DNA of 64,000 bases, taken from contig CAWBZV010000002.1 in the NCBI GenBank assembly GCA_963793305.1, positions 512,001-576,000 on the forward strand, read 5' to 3'. The position numbers and the translations under genes were made by a program. The notes under the pieces were generated by a model. The model was not told where the DNA came from, searched no databases, and worked only from the letters and a program-made list of their open reading frames with translations. This DNA is from an uncultured Gemmatimonadales bacterium. Lineage in GTDB: Bacteria > Gemmatimonadota > Gemmatimonadetes > Gemmatimonadales > Gemmatimonadaceae. Shown one piece after another: positions 60,559 to 64,000 of this stretch; the stretch's first letter is position 1; each line of letters begins with the position of its first letter.

Positions 60559-62160
60559 ATGCCTGAAACGACTGAAACACCGACACAGCGCATCGAGCGC
60601 ATCAAACGCGAGAAAGCGTCCTGGTCGATCCTGGACGATATTCGTCGCTACTCCACGCTCGGCTACGACGCCATTCCGGACGACGACCTGAACGTCCGGT
60701 TCCGTGCGTGGGGCCTGTATACGCAGGGCGATGGCCTTGGCGTGCATGGCGAAGCCACGCGCTTTTTTATGATGCGCGTGCGGACGCCCAACGGCATCGT
60801 GACGTCGGCGATGGCGCGTACGATCGCCGATCTCTCCGATCGCTATGCGCGCGGTTCGCTCGACATCACGAATCGACAGAACTTCCAGCTGCATTGGCTT
60901 CGCATCGAGGACATCCCGACGGTGTGGGATGCTCTCGCGGCTGTCGGTTGGACGAGCATGGGCGCATGCGGCGACAACACGCGTACGGTCACGGGTTGTC
61001 CGCTCGCCGGCGTCGACGCCGCGGAGATCGCCGATGCCTCGCCGATTGCCGTGCAGATCGACCAGCGGATGAATGGCAATCCGCTGTACGCGAACTTTCC
61101 GCGCAAATTCAAAATCTCGGTCACGGGCTGCGCGCATTGGTGCACATATCCCGAGATCAACGACATTGGATTGACGGCCGTGCGACGCGGCGACGAGATC
61201 GGGTTCAGCTTGCGTGTCGGCGGCGGTCTTTCGACCCGCCCCCGACTCGGCGATCGACTCAACGTCTTCGTGCCGTGGGACGCCGTGCCCGATGTCGTCG
61301 ACGCCGTCGCCGCCATCTTCCGCGACTCCGACGAGTTGCGCGTGCAGCGCGCGAAAGCGCGTATGAAATTCTTATTTCTCACGCATGGCTGGACGCCCGA
61401 TCGATTTCTGGTCGAGCTCACCCATCGGCTAGGCTACGCGCTCAGCCCCGCGGTCCCAGAAGTGCCGCCGGACGGCTCATTCCGCGATCACGTCGGGGTG
61501 CATCCGGAAAAGAGTGGGGCATCATTCTACGCGGGATTCACGGTCGCGTCGGGTCGCATCTCTCCGGATGCCCTTCGTTCTCTCGCCTCGCTCGCGGACG
61601 AATATGGCACTGGATCGCTGCGCACCACCGCGATGCAGAACGTGGTCGTGCTCGGCATCCCGGCGGAGCGGCTCGGCGCATTTCAACGGGCGGCTGCGCG
61701 GAGCGCGGCGCCACCACTGGAAGGGTCGCCGTTCCGTCGTGGGATACTCGCGTGCACCGGTTCCGAGTATTGCAAGCTCGCCGTGGCCGAGACGAAGCGG
61801 TTCAGCCTGGATCTCATACCGGAGCTCGAGCGCCGACTCCCGGGATTTCAGTCGCACGTGAAGATTTTTGTCACGGGCTGTCCGAACGCGTGCGGCCAAC
61901 ATTGGATAGCGGATATTGGGCTGCAGGGCGCCGCGGACGGCTTTGACATATTCATCGGTGGCGGGCTCGGCGCGACGCCGGGATTCGCCGACCGGATCGG
62001 AGTCCGCGTCGCGGCAGCCGAGACGGCGGATGCATTGGAGACGCTGTTCCGCGAGTACCTGGGCGGCCGTGCAGGCGACGAGACGTTCCGAGCATGGACC
62101 GCACGCGTCGGCCCAGATTACGTCAAGACCGCGCTCGCGATGGCTCGATCACAACCATGA
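60559..62160 (+). CDS. Siroheme/4Fe-4S sulfite (or nitrite) reductase
   Basis: MMRVR, TNRQNFQ, ACGDNTR, PRKFK, CTGSEYC, GCPNACGQH; the Cys leader favours an assimilatory sulfite reductase. Confidence 0.9.
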   Translation: MPETTETPTQRIERIKREKASWSILDDIRRYSTLGYDAIPDDDLNVRFRAWGLYTQGDGLGVHGEATRFFMMRVRTPNGIVTSAMARTIADLSDRYARGSLDITNRQNFQLHWLRIEDIPTVWDALAAVGWTSMGACGDNTRTVTGCPLAGVDAAEIADASPIAVQIDQRMNGNPLYANFPRKFKISVTGCAHWCTYPEINDIGLTAVRRGDEIGFSLRVGGGLSTRPRLGDRLNVFVPWDAVPDVVDAVAAIFRDSDELRVQRAKARMKFLFLTHGWTPDRFLVELTHRLGYALSPAVPEVPPDGSFRDHVGVHPEKSGASFYAGFTVASGRISPDALRSLASLADEYGTGSLRTTAMQNVVVLGIPAERLGAFQRAAARSAAPPLEGSPFRRGILACTGSEYCKLAVAETKRFSLDLIPELERRLPGFQSHVKIFVTGCPNACGQHWIADIGLQGAADGFDIFIGGGLGATPGFADRIGVRVAAAETADALETLFREYLGGRAGDETFRAWTARVGPDYVKTALAMARSQP

Positions 62161-62692
62161 TGAACCGCAGGGGGCCTTTCCCCACGTTCGCGTACCGATG
62201 TGGCCGATCGGCGCGAAAAACCAGAGAGTCCCCCCGCGCCATGCTATGCGTGTCGGCGCCGAGCGTCAGCGTGAGACTCCCGGCGAGGGCGTAGAGCATC
62301 TCGCGTGACCCGGGTGGGTGCGCGGCGCCATCGTATCCATCGCCTGGCGCGATGCGCCAATCCCATACCTCGGACTGATCCGATCCGATCAGCAGCGTCG
62401 CGACGCTGCCCGGAAGCCCGTGCCACAACTCGGCGGCGTCGGCCGCGCGCACGACGCGCACGGGCGGCGACTCGTCGACCTCGACCAGCCGGGGGACGGA
62501 GACCCCGAGCGCATCGGCAATGCGGCACAGGGTCGCAATGCTCGGGTTGGTCCGCGCTTGCTCGATTTGCACGAGCATGCCTTTGCTGACGCCCGAGCGT
62601 GTCGCCAGCGTGTCGAGCGTCCACGACCGCCGCGTGCGCAGCGCGTGCACCGTGCGCGCGATCGCCGCCGCGATGGCGTCAGGGTCGGTCAT
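62123..62692 (-). CDS. XRE HTH + cupin transcriptional regulator (SutR/PuuR-like)
   Basis: WTLDTLATRSGVSKGMLVQIEQARTNPS; cupin H..G.RE...PHRYAN. Confidence 0.92.
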   Translation of the reverse strand: MTDPDAIAAAIARTVHALRTRRSWTLDTLATRSGVSKGMLVQIEQARTNPSIATLCRIADALGVSVPRLVEVDESPPVRVVRAADAAELWHGLPGSVATLLIGSDQSEVWDWRIAPGDGYDGAAHPPGSREMLYALAGSLTLTLGADTHSMARGDSLVFRADRPHRYANVGKGPLRFIMVVIEPSRARS

Positions 62693-62698
62693 CGAGCC

Positions 62699-62733
62699 TC
62701 AGTATACTGACCATAAATGTCAGTATATATTAC
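62699..62733. promoter_or_regulatory. Divergent promoter with palindromic operator
   Basis: Perfect TCAGTATACTGA (62699-62710) and a partial second copy TCAGTATAT, overlapping both -10 boxes. Confidence 0.75.
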
Positions 62734-62737
62734 CGCC

Positions 62738-63571
62738 ATGGCCCCACTGCTCGCCATACTCGCCTCGATCTGCTACGGCGGCGCGGACTTCCTCGGCGGG
62801 CTCGCCAGCCGAAAGAGCTCGGCGCTCGCGGTCGCCGCCGTCTCACAGTTCGTGGGTCTCGCGCCCCTCGCGATCGCGATGCTCGTGGCGGGCCCGAGTA
62901 CGCCGAGCACCGCCGACCTCGCGTGGGGCGCTGCCGCCGGCTTAGCGGGAGCCGCGGCGCTCGCCCTTTTTTTCAAGGCGCTCACGCTCGGACGCATGAG
63001 CGTGATGGCGCCCGTTGCTTCGGCGACGGGCGCCGCGGTCGCCGTGCTCATTGGCTTCGCTCTCGGCGAGCGACCCGGGCCCCTCGTGCTCGCCGGGTTC
63101 GCACTCGCGGTCGTGTCGATCGTGCTCGTCGCTCAAGACCGATCGGGCCCCGACGGGTCGACCGAGCGTGGCGTGCTCACCGCGCTCGCGTGCGGCATCG
63201 CGCTCGGCGCGTGGTACACGTGCTTGCACCCAACGTCGATCGCCGCCGGTCTCTGGCCACTGGTGATGGCCCGAGCGGTATCGCTGCCGCTCCTGGCTCT
63301 GGCGACCCGATTGAGGGGCCGGTCGCTGCGCCTCCCGAGAGACGTGATGGCTATCGCGCTGCCGTCGGGCACGCTCGACATCATCGCGAACGTCTGCTAT
63401 CTGATCGCCGTGCGACAGGGTATGCTGAGCGTCGTCGCGACGCTCGCCTCCCTCAACCCCATCGTGACCGTCGCCCTCGCCTGGTCGGTCCTGCACGAGC
63501 GCCTGCGCCCCGCCCAGTATCTCGGACTCGCCTTGGGCATCGCCGCGATGGCGATGATCTCATTGGGCTAG
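62738..63571 (+). CDS. EamA/DMT family transporter
   Basis: YGGADFLGG, GRMSVMAPV, GERP, LASLNPIVT, LHERL. Confidence 0.9.
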   Translation: MAPLLAILASICYGGADFLGGLASRKSSALAVAAVSQFVGLAPLAIAMLVAGPSTPSTADLAWGAAAGLAGAAALALFFKALTLGRMSVMAPVASATGAAVAVLIGFALGERPGPLVLAGFALAVVSIVLVAQDRSGPDGSTERGVLTALACGIALGAWYTCLHPTSIAAGLWPLVMARAVSLPLLALATRLRGRSLRLPRDVMAIALPSGTLDIIANVCYLIAVRQGMLSVVATLASLNPIVTVALAWSVLHERLRPAQYLGLALGIAAMAMISLG

Positions 63572-64000
63572 GTAGGGCTCCATGTGGACTAATACGCCCT
63601 GCACGAAAGGCGCGACCGCCAGGATCGCGCCCTTGACCGAGCCGCTGAGCTCGTGCGCGTCATGAAGCGACATGTGCGGGTCCGCCTGCACATGTATCTC
63701 GACGAAGTATCCGAGTCCCGACCGTCGCATTTTCAAGTTCTCGATCATGCGCACGCCGGCGGTCGACATCGCGGCCTCGCGAACGCGATCGATCAGCGCG
63801 GGACTCGGCGCGGTGTCCATGAGATCGGCGAGCGCCGGCCGCAGCATGTGCGCGCCGTTGTACGCGACGATGCCGGCGGCGACCAGCGCTGCCCAGTCGT
63901 CGGCAGACTCCCATCCGCGTCCCCCGATCACGTGGCCACCGATCAGCGCGACCGCGATCCCGATAGACGCCGCGCCCGAGCTGACGGCGTCGCTCAGGTG
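63560..64000 (-). CDS. Cation diffusion facilitator (FieF-like), C-terminal part
   Basis: HLSD, ADLMD, VEIHVQADPHMSLHDAH, VLVHMEP; truncated by window edge. Confidence 0.88.
   Translation of the reverse strand, partial: HLSDAVSSGAASIGIAVALIGGHVIGGRGWESADDWAALVAAGIVAYNGAHMLRPALADLMDTAPSPALIDRVREAAMSTAGVRMIENLKMRRSGLGYFVEIHVQADPHMSLHDAHELSGSVKGAILAVAPFVQGVLVHMEPYLAQ

Overview
GC-rich bacterial chromosome segment; the gene content suggests Gemmatimonadota (inference). It holds about 50 CDS, a 7-tRNA array downstream of efp and a lone tRNA-Gly(CCC). No integrase, transposase, rRNA or CRISPR array was seen. Main findings: (1) an unannotated 17-aa leader peptide MTLRCCCLAPRIPETQA with complete 1:2, 2:3 and 3:4 attenuator helices just before a sulfite/nitrite reductase, a likely cysteine-sensing transcription attenuator; (2) a tightly coupled cluster of FHA protein, Ser/Thr kinase with RCC1 propeller, a ~1800-aa Big_2 lipoprotein, a TPR protein and a second Big_2 lipoprotein; (3) an APC amino-acid permease fused in frame, through an internal signal-peptide-like segment, to a CocE/NonD hydrolase, with a structured leader; (4) EF-P with Asn at the normally modified Lys/Arg tip; (5) a ZU5-like lipoprotein / TPR-HD-GYP / hybrid kinase operon; (6) many apparently leaderless genes. 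Seven genes carry single-base frameshifts, four in the same GACGT(T)CG context, so they are probably sequencing errors. All product calls come from motif recognition, not database searches.
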